Shown here: piece by piece, positions 63,116 through 64,000 of the stretch
Layout: each line of letters opens with the position of its first letter
Position numbering within the stretch: the first letter of the stretch is position 1
From: Prevotella sp.
GTDB taxonomy: Bacteria > Bacteroidota > Bacteroidia > Bacteroidales > Dysgonomonadaceae
Length of the DNA stretch: 64,000 nucleotides
Direction: 5' to 3'
Assembly (NCBI GenBank): GCA_031285625.1
Contig: JAITVV010000048.1
Span: forward strand, 1-64,000
Made by a program: the position numbers and the translations under genes
Notes under the pieces: generated by a model
The model's input: only the letters and a program-made list of their open reading frames with translations
Databases searched by the model: none
What the model was told of the DNA's origin: nothing

Positions 63116-63853
63116 ATGAACGAACTATCATACTGCCCTTATTGTAACCAAAAAATAGAGATCGGTAGCGAAAAGTGCCCTTACTGTCAACGTATTTTTA
63201 CTTCAATGAAAAGACGCGTATACGAACCGGGTTATGCACTGATAAGACAAGATTTTGGCCTGATAAAAATAGTTTCTGTAACACTCACTTTCTTAATGGT
63301 ATTATTGTGCCTCTATCCATTCTTAAATAGAAATGTTTATATATTGCAGTCTTTTGATGAAGGTACAATACCCCTGTTTGTAATAACTCTGATTATTATA
63401 TTGTCATTGTGGCAGATATCATTTGTATCTAAATATTTACTTAATTTCTACCATCCTTTTTCAAAGATTTTTACAAACATCAGATGGGAAATGATAGCTA
63501 TAGTTTTTTTTCTACTGCTAGGTATCTCTGCCATAATAGTTGACACACTCAATAACTCAGACTTACAAAGTGGCATGCCTATCTATAAAGATATGATCAG
63601 CCATCAGAATATGCAGATTATTACATCACTTTTTATTGCAACATACGTATTTTGGGTTTTTGTTCATGCTATAACAGGATGGACACTTGCCGATTCTCGT
63701 AAACTTGACTTTGTGGGAGGGCTTCCTTATTTAGGATATATTTTGTTGGCGTCTGCAATTATCCCTTTATTCATTATATTTGTGCCAATGTTTGTAACAA
63801 ATATATTCTTTAAAGCCGGAGAATATTCAAAAAAGTATGGATTTCTGACATAA
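63116..63853 (+). CDS. Zinc-ribbon membrane protein
   Basis: CPYC...CPYC followed by TM helices; DFVGGL.YLG. Confidence 0.75.
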   Translation: MNELSYCPYCNQKIEIGSEKCPYCQRIFTSMKRRVYEPGYALIRQDFGLIKIVSVTLTFLMVLLCLYPFLNRNVYILQSFDEGTIPLFVITLIIILSLWQISFVSKYLLNFYHPFSKIFTNIRWEMIAIVFFLLLGISAIIVDTLNNSDLQSGMPIYKDMISHQNMQIITSLFIATYVFWVFVHAITGWTLADSRKLDFVGGLPYLGYILLASAIIPLFIIFVPMFVTNIFFKAGEYSKKYGFLT

Positions 63854-63860
63854 ATTATGC

Positions 63861-63897
63861 ATCATCGCCTCGAAATTTAGGACTCCGAGGCGATGAT
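63861..63897 (+). terminator. Hairpin downstream of last gene
   Basis: atcatcgcctcg...cgaggcgatgat. Confidence 0.7.
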
Positions 63898-64000
63898 CAA
63901 ATATTTGTCACCTTTGTGACAAAGAGAACAGTATATTAAGGTTGTGAAGCCTCCGTTCCTCACATAGGAACGTTGCTTTGAAGTGTCTGAAATAATTTTG

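Overview
AT-rich Bacteroidales chromosome segment. Gene content, TAnnTTTG promoters and protein style suggest Dysgonomonas or a close relative (inference). It carries mostly housekeeping genes: rpmE2, hcp, a cobamide salvage cluster split by a GH2-uxuA-uxuB-LacI block, nnr, tpx/nitroreductase/MarR and dgt. Interspersed are accessory genes, including orphan immunity-like genes, a double-deletion pseudogene junction and three tandem paralogous secreted fibre-like proteins. No rRNA, tRNA, CRISPR, transposase or integrase was seen. The strongest unexplained signal is non-coding. Three dispersed ~65-70 nt paralogous small-RNA candidates (about 27.0, 50.8 and 62.9 kb) share a near-invariant U/G-rich core, a GUGA-loop terminator and an ECF-sigma-like promoter (GAAC/AAAC-N17-18-GTTATA); two also have an upstream GTTAATTAAC palindrome. 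A fourth structured RNA at 31.7 kb carries the complement of that core in a hairpin loop and is a candidate sponge. Two further dispersed intergenic repeat families are present. All calls come from reading the sequence; no database searches were run.
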